Positions 50,730 to 60,616 of a DNA stretch of 64,000 nucleotides are shown piece after piece. The DNA is from an uncultured bacterium (GTDB lineage Bacteria; Acidobacteriota; HRBIN11; JAKEFK01). The position numbers and the translations under genes were made by a program. The DNA lies in the NCBI GenBank assembly GCA_963771165.1, contig CAVYSN010000021.1, forward strand, positions 264,502 to 328,501. The letters run 5' to 3'. The number at the start of each line of letters is the position of its first letter. Within the stretch, counting starts at the first letter, position 1. The notes under the pieces are model-generated. The model worked only from the letters and a program-made list of their open reading frames with translations, made no database searches and had not been told where the DNA came from.

Positions 50730-53134
50730 CTACCAGCAGCCTATTGGGGCGCCGGGCGGCGGATCCAGCGGAGGAGTCAGGTGGAGTTCTTTCGGGTTTT
50801 CCTGAAAACGAGTAATTTCGGACACAGCAAATTGGAAATGTGCCTTTTGGTCCGGGTTTTGTAGAGATTTCAGTTGAACATTCAGCCAGCCTTTTAACTG
50901 ATCCAATTTTTGGTAACTGATTGCCCGGACCTGTGGCGCTGCTTTATCATTCGCGCTGAGATTCATCAAGTAATAGAGCGTGATCATGTTAACGACCCGG
51001 CGGATTTCTGCGTGATAACCTTGAGCTTCTGGAGCTTTCCAGGTGGCACCAAAAAGCTTTTCAATCGTCCCCGCTAATCCGGGAAGTCGGGGATTTCTGG
51101 AATTTTGCTCCACCAATCTTGCGGCGCGCTCAGGATGCAGGATCAGATAGACCGTCATTGTGGCTGCGCTTTCGGGTGGAGCAAGCGCGTCAAATGTTAC
51201 GCCGGTCCGAATCTTAAAGTTTTCACGCCATCTCGGATGACCGAATGCGCGAGGAGGAATCAGCTTTAAGATATGATCCGGCACCGCAAGCAGCTTCGGT
51301 TGCAACGTACCAAGCAATGAATCCAGAGCGCGCAGTTGTGTTTCAGGAGGGACAGGACTTACGGGGCGCTGATTGTCACCGCGTAAGGAGTAGCTGTAGT
51401 CCACGCCTCCGAGTAACTTTACAACCGACATGATTTGATACCGGTGAAAAAGGTAGATCGGAACCAGAACCTCTTCCAGGTTCGCGTATGGAATTCCTTG
51501 TCGAATGTTCCTTTCTGAAAAACGGGACAATGCCAGCTCTCGGACCTTCAGGATATGTTCCAGCTCTTGAACCGCGTCCTTTCCATTATCCCAGAGGTGG
51601 GCTGCAGGGTGTGCGCCGCCGTCCGGCCGTGCATCTTCATCCGTGATGAACAATAACCCCCGGGAAGATGCTTCGCGAAGAATCTCATTCAGCACATTCT
51701 GTTCGGGTGCTTCAGAATATCCATACTGAATTGCTACTTTGTCCCATTCTCCGATCCCTTTCCCATACGAATCCGACAAATCAAAGGAGCCGTCGGTCCG
51801 TATTTTCACCAGCGGATGGGGGTAATCCATCACGGAGGCACGATCACTCACGCTCGCGGCAAAATTATGTGTCAACCCTAACGTGTGACCGACTTCATGG
51901 GCAGATAGCTGGCGGATTCGCGCGAGCGCCATTTCAAGCATTTCAGCCGGAATTCCATCACCTTCATACGGGCCCAGTAATCCTTCTACGATCATATAAT
52001 CCTGCCGAACGCGTTGCGAACCAAGACTCACATGTCCTTTGATGATTTCGCCCGTCCTGGGATCGACAACTGTATTCCCGTATGACCATCCGCGCGTCAA
52101 ACGGTGTACCCATTGAATCACGTTGTATCGGACATCCAGGGGATCCGCTCCTTCCGGCATGACCTGAACTTGAAACGCGTTCTTGTAGCCCGCGGCCTCA
52201 AATGCCTGGTTCCACCAGCTCGCCCCTTCGATCAACGCGGTGCGAACCGGCTCCGGCGCTCCGGCATCAACGTAATACACGATCGGTTCGGTAGCTTCGC
52301 TGATTGTACCTGGTCTCTTTTTCTTTAAACGATGACGTGCGATAAACTGTTTCCATAACGGTTCACCGATGGGTGTTGAAAAATCCATGAATCGAATACC
52401 GTAAAATCCTGCGCGCGGATCAAAGCGTCGTGGTTCGAATCCGGGCGGCGGAGATTGCAACGAAAGAATGGTGCTCACGAACCGTGATGATTTTAGGGGT
52501 CGGCGTGACATCGCGAACGAATTCTCCGGGTGAGTCCCCAGTAAAAGTTAAAGTCACTTCGACTTCCGTATTCTTCGGAAAATTCTTGGTGCCATCCAGA
52601 TAGAAGGCCGATCGGGAAGCATCCAAACGAAAATCGCCCTGCTTGGTCTCTTTCAACCTGGAGATCACGTCGAAAACATCCTGCAGGTAAAAATTCGTTG
52701 CATCGACCAAAATCTTATCGTTTTCTTCCGCCGCGACATCGAATCCCCACAAAACAGATTGTGCAAAAGATTGTTCTACGGCTTGAGCTTCCGCAGGATT
52801 GTCTGTAATCGCGCGAAATGTATAGTTGGGCTGGACGAGCAAGATCTTTGGACCGCTGCGAACAAATTTTACAACACGCGTGTCCCCGAGTTGTCCGCGG
52901 TCCAATCCTACATCGTTCGATCCGAGACCGGCAGGCAACCAGTGAACATACAGAAACTCATCGCCGATCTTGTCGATTTCAAGCCAGATCTTTCCAGCAT
53001 TGGAATCCCAATAGAAATTGAAAAAGCCCGGAAATTTTTTAAAGCCGGACGTTTTTTCTGCGAGGCCGGGAAGAGGCTCCGCTAACGACTGCGCAGGTAA
53101 TCAGAAAACAAAAAATGAATGTCAGTTTTTTCAT
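50730..53134 (-). pseudogene. secreted zinc metalloprotease (DUF5117/DUF4953-type, HEVGHTLGLTHNF), two frameshifts
   Basis: Signal peptide MKKLTFIFCFLITCAV. Frame changes near 53075 (before GFKKFPGFFNFYWD) and near 52462 (..REHHSF|SLQSPPPGFEPRRFDPR..). Confidence 0.75.
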
Positions 53135-54271
53135 GCAGAACTGGCGCAAAACGAGATGATACAGCAATGCGGCCCTTTTCGATAAAGAACCGGTCAGTAT
53201 ATGTTCATCTAAAGCATGTGCTCCGCCACCTTCGGCGCCAAGGCCATCCAGAGTCGGAACTCCCAGTGCAGCAGTGAGGTTTCCATCGCTCCCGCCTCCT
53301 GTCCAGAATTCAGACAGCGAGTAGTCCATGGACTGGCCAATTGTTCTTGCCTGCTCGTACAGCATGAGCACTTTATCCGTACGCTCGAGCGGAGGCCTAT
53401 CTACTCCACCGGTTACATGTGAGGCTGGCGCCCTCTTTTTTGGGCGACAAACTTGCAAATCGATCCCCCAGCCAGGTTATATCATCCATGGTGTCACATC
53501 GAACGTCGATCATGGCTTGTGCTTGTTCCGGAATCACATTGGTTCGTGTGCCTCCTTCGAATCAGTCCCGCGTTTGCACTGATTCCGGATCGTATCCGAT
53601 TCCAGCTTTGTATCTCAAGAATTTGATGAGATAGCTCTTCAATTGCGTTGATGCCCTTTCTCCGGTTCGACACCGGCGTGAGCCGCCTTGCCGTGAGCCT
53701 CCACGATGTATCGTCCAACACCTCTGCGTTTGGTTTTTAAAGAGTTGTTCGGCCCTGCAGGTTCGAGAACGAACGCTGCCCTGGCGCTTCTTGCTTCCTG
53801 TTCAATCAATTGTCTGGAGCTTTCACTTCCTACTTCTTCATCGGAGGTTGCAAGCACAGTGATCGGATATTTATCGAGTCGCTGTTCGCGAATCAAAGAC
53901 AGAGCATACAAGGTGATGATCAATCCTGCTTTCATATCGAAGATTCCCGGGCCGCGGCCGGTTTCCTCATCGATCAAACAGGGCATGCGCTGCAAAGTTC
54001 CCAGTTCCCATACAGTATCGAGATGACCGATCAGTAAAAGGTGACCGTGCCGCGAACCCCAGCGCGCGATGAGGTGATTTCCTCGTGTCTCATCCTCCTT
54101 CCACTCGATAGACATTCCGATGTCGGAGAATCTTTTCGCTACCGCCAGGCCGAATTGGTCCACGCAACTTTTTTCGGAGGTTGGAGACTCGATTTCAACC
54201 CACTCTCGAAGATCAGAAATCATCTTGTGTTTCTGATTCTCGAAATGAGCCGCTGTTTCTTTGGGATGCAT
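53131..54271 (-). pseudogene. M20-family metallopeptidase (carboxypeptidase G2-like), at least 3 frameshifts
   Basis: LIGHLDTV and ATSDEEVGS motifs. Frame changes near 53660, 53565 (LI|EGGTRTNVIP) and 53430 (KKEGASL|VTGGVDRPPLERT). The 3' end is uncertain. Confidence 0.75.
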
Positions 54272-54274
54272 TGA

Positions 54275-54712
54275 CTATTCCAGCGCAAATTGCATGATGC
54301 CGTTCATGACTACACGATCCCGCACCTTGGCGAGAACCGCAAAACGGCCCAGTCTTCCTTTGCGTCGTAAGAGTTCCACGGACATCACCACTTCATCGCC
54401 CGGTTGCACCGGTTTGCGAAAACGGACCCTGTGCAGGCCGGAGAAGAACACGAGTCTGTTGCGATTTTCTTCATCTACGTAAATGAGAATGGCGCCCAGT
54501 TGAGCAATCGCTTCGGAAAGTATGGATGCAGGCACGATTCGTAATCCATCCGGCAAGCCCTGAAAATACCATTCGTTGTAGGTGATGTTTTTGACTCCGG
54601 TGATGCTTTTTTGCGGATCCAATCCGGTGACTTTGTCGATCAAAAGAAAAGGATAGCGGTGCGGCAAAAGTTTCAGGATTTCATTGATGTCCGGTAAGTT
54701 GTCTTTTTCCAC
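54275..54712 (-). CDS. fabZ: 3-hydroxyacyl-ACP dehydratase
   Basis: LPHRYPFLLIDKV hot-dog-fold signature, 145 aa. Confidence 0.92.
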   Translation of the reverse strand: MEKDNLPDINEILKLLPHRYPFLLIDKVTGLDPQKSITGVKNITYNEWYFQGLPDGLRIVPASILSEAIAQLGAILIYVDEENRNRLVFFSGLHRVRFRKPVQPGDEVVMSVELLRRKGRLGRFAVLAKVRDRVVMNGIMQFALE

Positions 54713-54737
54713 GCCATCTTATAATAATGGTAGAAGA

Positions 54738-55556
54738 ATGAATCGCCAACCTGCTGTAGCCGGTTATTTTTATGCCGGTGAAAAGCACCGTTTGGAACAA
54801 GAATTAAATCGACTTCTCCCTGCCGGCAAACAAAAAACCAGGGCGACCGCTGTTGTCGTACCGCACGCCGGATACATGTACTCCGGGATCGGTTGCGGGC
54901 GAAGTCTACGGGTCGATTGAGCTTCCGGACAGTTTCATTATTCTATGTCCCAATCATACCGGACAGGGAAGCGATTTTGATTTATGGCCCGAAGGGGAAT
55001 GGATAACGCCGTTAGGCGCAGCGCATGTCGATTCGGAGTTATGTTCTGAATTGATGCGCTATTTTCCGCGCGCTGTTGCGGACGGACGGGCACATCTCAA
55101 AGAGCATTCACTCGAAGTGCAGCTTCCGTTTCTACAGATCCTGAAAGGAGAGATCTCCTTTGTGCCGCTCTGCATTCGTCAACGCAACTATCGAATATCT
55201 GGAAGAACTGGGGCAAGCGATTGCAAAAATGATCTCCGGTTCGGCGCGACGAGATCTTGATTATCGCCAGCAGCGATATGACGCATTATGAAACGCAGGA
55301 ATCAGCGCATAAAAAAGACCATCTCGCGGTTCAACAAATGGAACAGCTGAATCCGCGTGGGTTGTACGATACGGTACACGAACATGAAATTTCTATGTGC
55401 GGATACTTACCTGCAACCGCCGCTATGATCGCTGCAAAAGAGCTTGGCTCGGCTTCCGGCCGCCTTGTGAAATACGCGACTTCCGGTGATGTGACGGGTG
55501 ATCATTCGAGTGTCGTCGGCTACGCCGGCCTGCTCTTTAACGCAAAGACGCCATGA
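54738..55556 (+). pseudogene. MEMO1/AmmeMemoRadiSam-system protein B family, 3 frameshifts
   Basis: PAVAGYFY, VVPHAGYMYSG and IASSDMTHYE motifs. Frame changes near 54888, 55172 and 55254. Confidence 0.78.
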
Positions 55557-55602
55557 CGCAATGATTAAGAATCTTCTTCTTTGCGTCTTTGCGTTAAAGA
55601 GC
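55533..55602. repeat. Family-B hairpin repeat
   Basis: acgcaaag acgccatg acgcaatg ... ctttgcgt ctttgcgt. It encodes the last residues and stop of the Memo-like gene and abuts the stop of the convergent gene. Confidence 0.85.
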
Positions 55603-57011
55603 TAAATTCCAAGGCGACGGTATTCGATGGCAGGACAGCGATTCATGATCACAATCAAGCCGGCGTCGAGGGCTTTTTGCGCAGCTTCTTCATGATAGAC
55701 ACCAAGCTGTGTCCAGAAAATCTTCGCTCCAATTTCAATTGCCTGATCGGCCACATCCGGTACAAATTCCGAACGACGGAACACATCGACCATGTCCACA
55801 GGGAAAGGAATCGAGCGCAGGTCTCTGTAACAGGGCACTCCCAGAATCTCCTTGTGTCCAGGATTGACTGGAACCACCAGATTCCCTCGCGTCATCAAAA
55901 GTTCGGCGATCCTGTTGCTGTCGCGATACTCTTTTGGGGAACATCCTACTACAGCGATAGTACGATCTTTTGATAATATTTCTCGGATGACGGAGTCGGG
56001 AGGATTTTGAAACATGATTCGCTGTAAAAGTTCAAGAGGATCTTTGACTTCTTTGCTATTACGATTATAGACGGGCGTAAGCCAGCTTTTATACTTCGGA
56101 ACGTTTCCGCGAACGGCTTCGAAGTAAACTTCCTGGATTTTTCCGGTGATCGGACCGATTTCACCGTTTCCGATCTTCCTTCGGTCGATGAAGCCAACTC
56201 CGGATATTTCAGCTCCTGTACCGCAAAGAAAAACTTCCTCCGAAGCGTAGAGCTCGCTGCGATTCATGGAGCGTTCTTCGACAACCAGCTTTTGATCTCT
56301 GGCAATTTCAAACACGATCGATCGAGTGATGCCTTCCAGCACGTTATCGTAGACAGGTGTGGTAATCAGTTTGCCGCCACGAACGATAAAAATGTTCATG
56401 CCGGCGGCTTCTGAAACGGTTCCATCTTCATTTAAAAGGATGGCTTCGTCGAATCCTCCTTCACGCGCTTCGGCTGCAGCCAGCGATACATTGACGTAAC
56501 TGCCGCTTACTTTTGCGCGCGGCGGAATCGCATTGTCCTGAATACGTCGCCAGGAGGAGACCATAAGGTTCAATGGTCGATCCTTTGTCAAGTACGACCC
56601 GATCGGTACCGCGAAAACAAGGAATTCATGCTCTTTGCCCCACTTCAAGCCGATTCTCTGGGCCGACTTGTAGACCATGGGACGAATGTAAACATCTTCC
56701 TTGTAGCCGCATTTCCGAATCAGTTCCACGGTAACGTCGGCTAGTTGCTGTGGTGTCTGTTCCATATCGATCATCAACAGGCGCCCGTTCGTTTTCATTC
56801 GGGCGTAGTGATCGATCACCCGGAGAATGTAAATGTCATCCTCTTTATCGTTGTAGTAACCGCGGATCCCTTCAAAAATGGCTGATCCATACAGAAAAGC
56901 ATGGGTCATGATGCTGATCTTTGCTTCTAAGAGCGGAACAAATTTGCCTTCAACAAATGCGTAAGCGTTTGCCAGTTCTTTTGAAGTTACAGCTTGATCG
57001 TGAGCATCCAT
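55602..57011 (-). CDS. ilvE: class-IV branched-chain amino-acid aminotransferase fused to a C-terminal CoA-binding (YccU-like) domain
   Basis: About 315 aa of IlvE-like sequence, a ~25-aa linker, then TIAVVGCSPKEYRDSN..VPVNP, all in one 469-aa ORF. Confidence 0.8.
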   Translation of the reverse strand: MDAHDQAVTSKELANAYAFVEGKFVPLLEAKISIMTHAFLYGSAIFEGIRGYYNDKEDDIYILRVIDHYARMKTNGRLLMIDMEQTPQQLADVTVELIRKCGYKEDVYIRPMVYKSAQRIGLKWGKEHEFLVFAVPIGSYLTKDRPLNLMVSSWRRIQDNAIPPRAKVSGSYVNVSLAAAEAREGGFDEAILLNEDGTVSEAAGMNIFIVRGGKLITTPVYDNVLEGITRSIVFEIARDQKLVVEERSMNRSELYASEEVFLCGTGAEISGVGFIDRRKIGNGEIGPITGKIQEVYFEAVRGNVPKYKSWLTPVYNRNSKEVKDPLELLQRIMFQNPPDSVIREILSKDRTIAVVGCSPKEYRDSNRIAELLMTRGNLVVPVNPGHKEILGVPCYRDLRSIPFPVDMVDVFRRSEFVPDVADQAIEIGAKIFWTQLGVYHEEAAQKALDAGLIVIMNRCPAIEYRRLGI

Positions 57012-57022
57012 TGTGCAGATTC

Positions 57023-58738
57023 CTAATCGATGAAGATTTGATAGGGCATCAATAATAGCACAGGTTCTTTTTGCGCAACGCTGGCAAGGGCCATCAGCCT
57101 TTTGATCTCGGAACTTAACGGAAATTGGAAGCGTTCTTCTGAAATCATTCCGGTTAAATCTCCAGCCCGGTTCGATGGATAAATCGCGTAACTGAAGTCT
57201 CCGAGCTTTGCGAGTTTCCTGGCTTCCTGAACGGCATCCAGCATCCCACCCAGTTTATCAATCAGACCGTTTGATAAAGCCTGATCACCGCTCCATACAC
57301 GTCCTTGAGCCAAAGCATGAATTTGCTGTTGAGTTTTCTTACGGCCTTCTGCCGCTTTGCGTGTGAATGCATCATAAGTTTCCGACATATGATTCTTAAC
57401 AATGGCCCATTCTTCTTCGCCATAAGGAACGTAATCGCTGAAAAGATCAGCATGCTTTCCTCGTTTGAGGACTTCTTTTTTCATGCCGATTTTGTCGTAA
57501 AGTCCTTTTAAATAGAATTTACCGCCATAAACACCGATCGATCCGGTAATGGTGGATGGGTCCGCGAATATTTTGGTGCCTGCCATCGCTACGTAATAAC
57601 CGCCGCTTGCTGCAACATCCGACATGGAGACTACAACAGGTTTTTTCTTTGCTGTAATTTGTACTTCACGCCAGATCACATCGGATGCCGACGGGGAACC
57701 TCCCGGCGAATCAACGCGAAACACAATTGCCTTCACACTGGAATCCTCGCGTGCATGCTTGAACGATTCACTGACTGTTGTCGACCCCATGAATTCTTCG
57801 CCAAAGCCCCGATACGATTCTCCCGGGATGATTGTTCCGGTCGCATAAATGACTGCAATCCGATCCGGCTTCACATTCATTAGATCGCGGAAAGAGGGTT
57901 TCTGATACTCCAGCACTGAAATGGAATGCAACTCGTCCAATTTCAAGTTCTTCTTTATCATTCCTTCCAACTGATCGCGATACATCAAATCATCCACGAG
58001 TCCCCTGGTTTTCAAATCACGCGTCAATAAAGGACTCTGATCGATCAGCGTTCTTACCGTATCCGCGGTGAGATTGCGATCTTTCGCGATGTCCTGTGTG
58101 ATTCGTTGAAAGAGACTCTCTAATAGAGCATTCGTTTGCTCACGATCCGGTTCGGACATGCTGTCGCGCGTGTAGCTTTCGCTGCCGCTTTTGTACATGC
58201 CGATGTGCTCCATTTGAGCCTCTACACCCAGTTTATCCAGAGTTCCTTTGTAAAATGGTATTTCTGCCCTCAGCCCGATCAAAGTAAACCAGGTATCACT
58301 TTGTGGGGGCAGATACAGTTTAGGTGCAGCCGAACAGATGTAGTAATCAATCGTGCCTCCGTCTTCCAGAAAACCATAGACAGGCTTTTTGGATCGGGCG
58401 GCAAAGTCCTTGATAGCAGCGCGGATTTCCTGTGCTTTACCCGGGCCCATGCGTGCGAAGGTGGAATTAACGATCAAGGCGCGAATGCGATCATCTGTTT
58501 GAGCCTTTTCCAAAGAACGCAAAATGCCTCGAGTGGTCAGAATTTCGCCGACCAGTAGTTTGGTTTTCCAGTCCTGCGGCCCTTCTTCCGGAAGCGGTCC
58601 TGTGAGATCCAGAATTAAAGCGCTGTTGTTCTGAACCTTCGGTCCCATCGTCCACACGGCCAGTACAAGAATAAAAATGAAAAGTAAAACAAACCCGAGC
58701 AGCATTCGCAGCAGGAACTTAAAAAAACTTTTGATCAT
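57023..58738 (-). CDS. sppA: signal peptide peptidase SppA, 67K type
   Basis: N-terminal TM followed by two S49 domains, 571 aa. Confidence 0.9.
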   Translation of the reverse strand: MIKSFFKFLLRMLLGFVLLFIFILVLAVWTMGPKVQNNSALILDLTGPLPEEGPQDWKTKLLVGEILTTRGILRSLEKAQTDDRIRALIVNSTFARMGPGKAQEIRAAIKDFAARSKKPVYGFLEDGGTIDYYICSAAPKLYLPPQSDTWFTLIGLRAEIPFYKGTLDKLGVEAQMEHIGMYKSGSESYTRDSMSEPDREQTNALLESLFQRITQDIAKDRNLTADTVRTLIDQSPLLTRDLKTRGLVDDLMYRDQLEGMIKKNLKLDELHSISVLEYQKPSFRDLMNVKPDRIAVIYATGTIIPGESYRGFGEEFMGSTTVSESFKHAREDSSVKAIVFRVDSPGGSPSASDVIWREVQITAKKKPVVVSMSDVAASGGYYVAMAGTKIFADPSTITGSIGVYGGKFYLKGLYDKIGMKKEVLKRGKHADLFSDYVPYGEEEWAIVKNHMSETYDAFTRKAAEGRKKTQQQIHALAQGRVWSGDQALSNGLIDKLGGMLDAVQEARKLAKLGDFSYAIYPSNRAGDLTGMISEERFQFPLSSEIKRLMALASVAQKEPVLLLMPYQIFID

Positions 58739-58805
58739 AGGAACGCCTCCACCACGCGTTGTCTTGTAATTTAACTTTGGATTCGTCGCTTTTCCACCCG
58801 GGGCT

Positions 58806-59000
58806 GTAATGGCAGAGCAATTTCAGTGTAATCCGAAAAACAGGACTCTTGAATGGATGGTTTTATCTTCTACGAACATGCTTGGTGGGAGAATTGCTCT
58901 GCAGAGCATTTGGTGAACCGCTGAACTCAAACGACAAGAGCCATCCATCAATTCAATACTAAAGTTTTGGCGTATTGCGCGGCAAATGCTCTGCCACTAC
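58806..59000. repeat. Family-G repeat cluster forming two tandem long hairpins
   Basis: ggcagagcaatt (58811) pairs with aattgctctgc (58892). gcagagcatttg (58901) pairs with caaatgctctgc (58983). The inner segments gaatggatgg / ccatccat.. are also partly complementary. Confidence 0.7.
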
Positions 59001-59087
59001 GGAGGTATTTTATCCCAGAGGATGTGGGGTGAGTCTTTTCGTAGAAACATCAGATAACGTCCGATCACAACGCGTTTTGTCGTTTTT

Positions 59088-60551
59088 TCAAGCAAGGCGA
59101 GAAGCTTCCTCCTGGTTCTTCCACAATTGCGCGATCACATCCGGGTTTAAAGAAAGGGAGTACTCGTAGTCGTATTTCATATGCCCCGGCTGATAATTCA
59201 CTATGGTTTCAAAGAATCCCTCGCGTAATCGGGCCGGTAATCGCGCGACACGGGGATCGTTTTTGCCCAACAGATCGATTGCGTATCGGTCAGCAAAATA
59301 AGGAAGAGTTCCGGACCACGTAACGGCGACCTTTGCCTGTGGATTGGTGAATTGTTTAATCAACAAAGCCCGTTCCGTCATGGCCCAATTATCACCTCTA
59401 TGCGCCGGAGGTGCGATCATAAGAAATTCCAGTAATGCGGCCGGTCCGTAAAAGGAATTGAATGCGATCAGGCTGAATATAAGCAGCGAGATGTTCCACC
59501 TGGCTTGACGTTCTTTCAACAGTTGACATAATTCGAACAACGCGTAACTGAAAAGAATAAAGAACTGAGGCATGGCGATCGAGATAAATCGGTTGCTACC
59601 GCCATACCCTTCCCAGGCGTCTCCTCCCACGTAAATGCTGTAGGCCATCTGAACGCATAAAATCCATGCGGACAGATATGTGCGAGGATCTTTGCGAACA
59701 GCAATGAAGAAGAAGGGGAAAAGAAAAAGCACCCAGTTCATTTTCCATGTGAAGAGGAAGAAATAATAGATCCCGCTTGAGATCCGATAAAGCAGAGGAT
59801 AACCGGTCATTTTGAGATAGTAAGTGTTTGGGAAGAAATCGCCGTAGTACCAGTAACGGAAGAGAGTTTGGCCGCCAAGGAAGATTCCAAGGAGCAGGAT
59901 GGAAAGGCTTAGATATTTTGTTCGATTCTGAGGATTATAGAAAAGCAGAAAAGGCAGGAAACCGAAGTAAGTAACAGTCATGTCCATCCGGATGAGCGTT
60001 GCTGATGCCAGCAGAAGAAGAGTCATCCAGTCGAACCGCCGGTTTTCAGTGGAGCGCAAAGTTCGAAGGATGCATATGCTGACAATCAAGGTCAGCAAAC
60101 TGACTTCCATCCCCTGGAGACTCCACATGTTTAGCGGAAGATAAAAGGCGGTCAAAATAACAGCACCGAGCGCAACCACTTGCGATTCAGAGAGCAGGAG
60201 AGCTATCTTTTTCGTGATTACAAGATTCCAGGCCAGCAGCAATAGGCCTGTGAATTGTATGAAAAGACTGATTTTTGCGGCAGGAAGTCCCACCGAATGA
60301 AACAAGGACATATACACGACCCAAAGCGGATTGGTGAAGCCCTCCACTCGTTCGCCACCCGGATTCCACACCAGGCCATAACCGTTAGCCAGATTTTTGG
60401 CGTAACGCATCGACACCATCGCATCATCGAAAAGAGAGTAGTAGCGTTCCCCCTGAAGAACGAAACTTGTTCGAAAAATGTAAAGTCCGGAATAAATAAA
60501 GAAGGCGATCAAAACGTACCGGAAGATGCGATCCGCTCGAGCCTGTTCCAT
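59088..60551 (-). CDS. polytopic membrane protein, GT-C/ArnT-PMT_2-like glycosyltransferase candidate
   Basis: 487 aa with more than 10 TM segments and N-terminal FDDAMVSMRYAKNLANGYGLVWNPG. The family assignment is tentative. Confidence 0.55.
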   Translation of the reverse strand: MEQARADRIFRYVLIAFFIYSGLYIFRTSFVLQGERYYSLFDDAMVSMRYAKNLANGYGLVWNPGGERVEGFTNPLWVVYMSLFHSVGLPAAKISLFIQFTGLLLLAWNLVITKKIALLLSESQVVALGAVILTAFYLPLNMWSLQGMEVSLLTLIVSICILRTLRSTENRRFDWMTLLLLASATLIRMDMTVTYFGFLPFLLFYNPQNRTKYLSLSILLLGIFLGGQTLFRYWYYGDFFPNTYYLKMTGYPLLYRISSGIYYFFLFTWKMNWVLFLFPFFFIAVRKDPRTYLSAWILCVQMAYSIYVGGDAWEGYGGSNRFISIAMPQFFILFSYALFELCQLLKERQARWNISLLIFSLIAFNSFYGPAALLEFLMIAPPAHRGDNWAMTERALLIKQFTNPQAKVAVTWSGTLPYFADRYAIDLLGKNDPRVARLPARLREGFFETIVNYQPGHMKYDYEYSLSLNPDVIAQLWKNQEEASRLA

Positions 60552-60616
60552 CGCAGGTTCATACTACCACACACATATTGTTGGGGTGCAATTCATCGCG
60601 CCCGTGTGAGCTGATC

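Noticed and set aside
55581-55973. ORFs beginning MRLCVK.. / MHLCVK.. (55581..55973 and 62863..63072).
   Set aside because: Their starts are translations of family-B repeat arms, and their bodies are antisense to the ilvE-fusion gene and the LuxR-type regulator.
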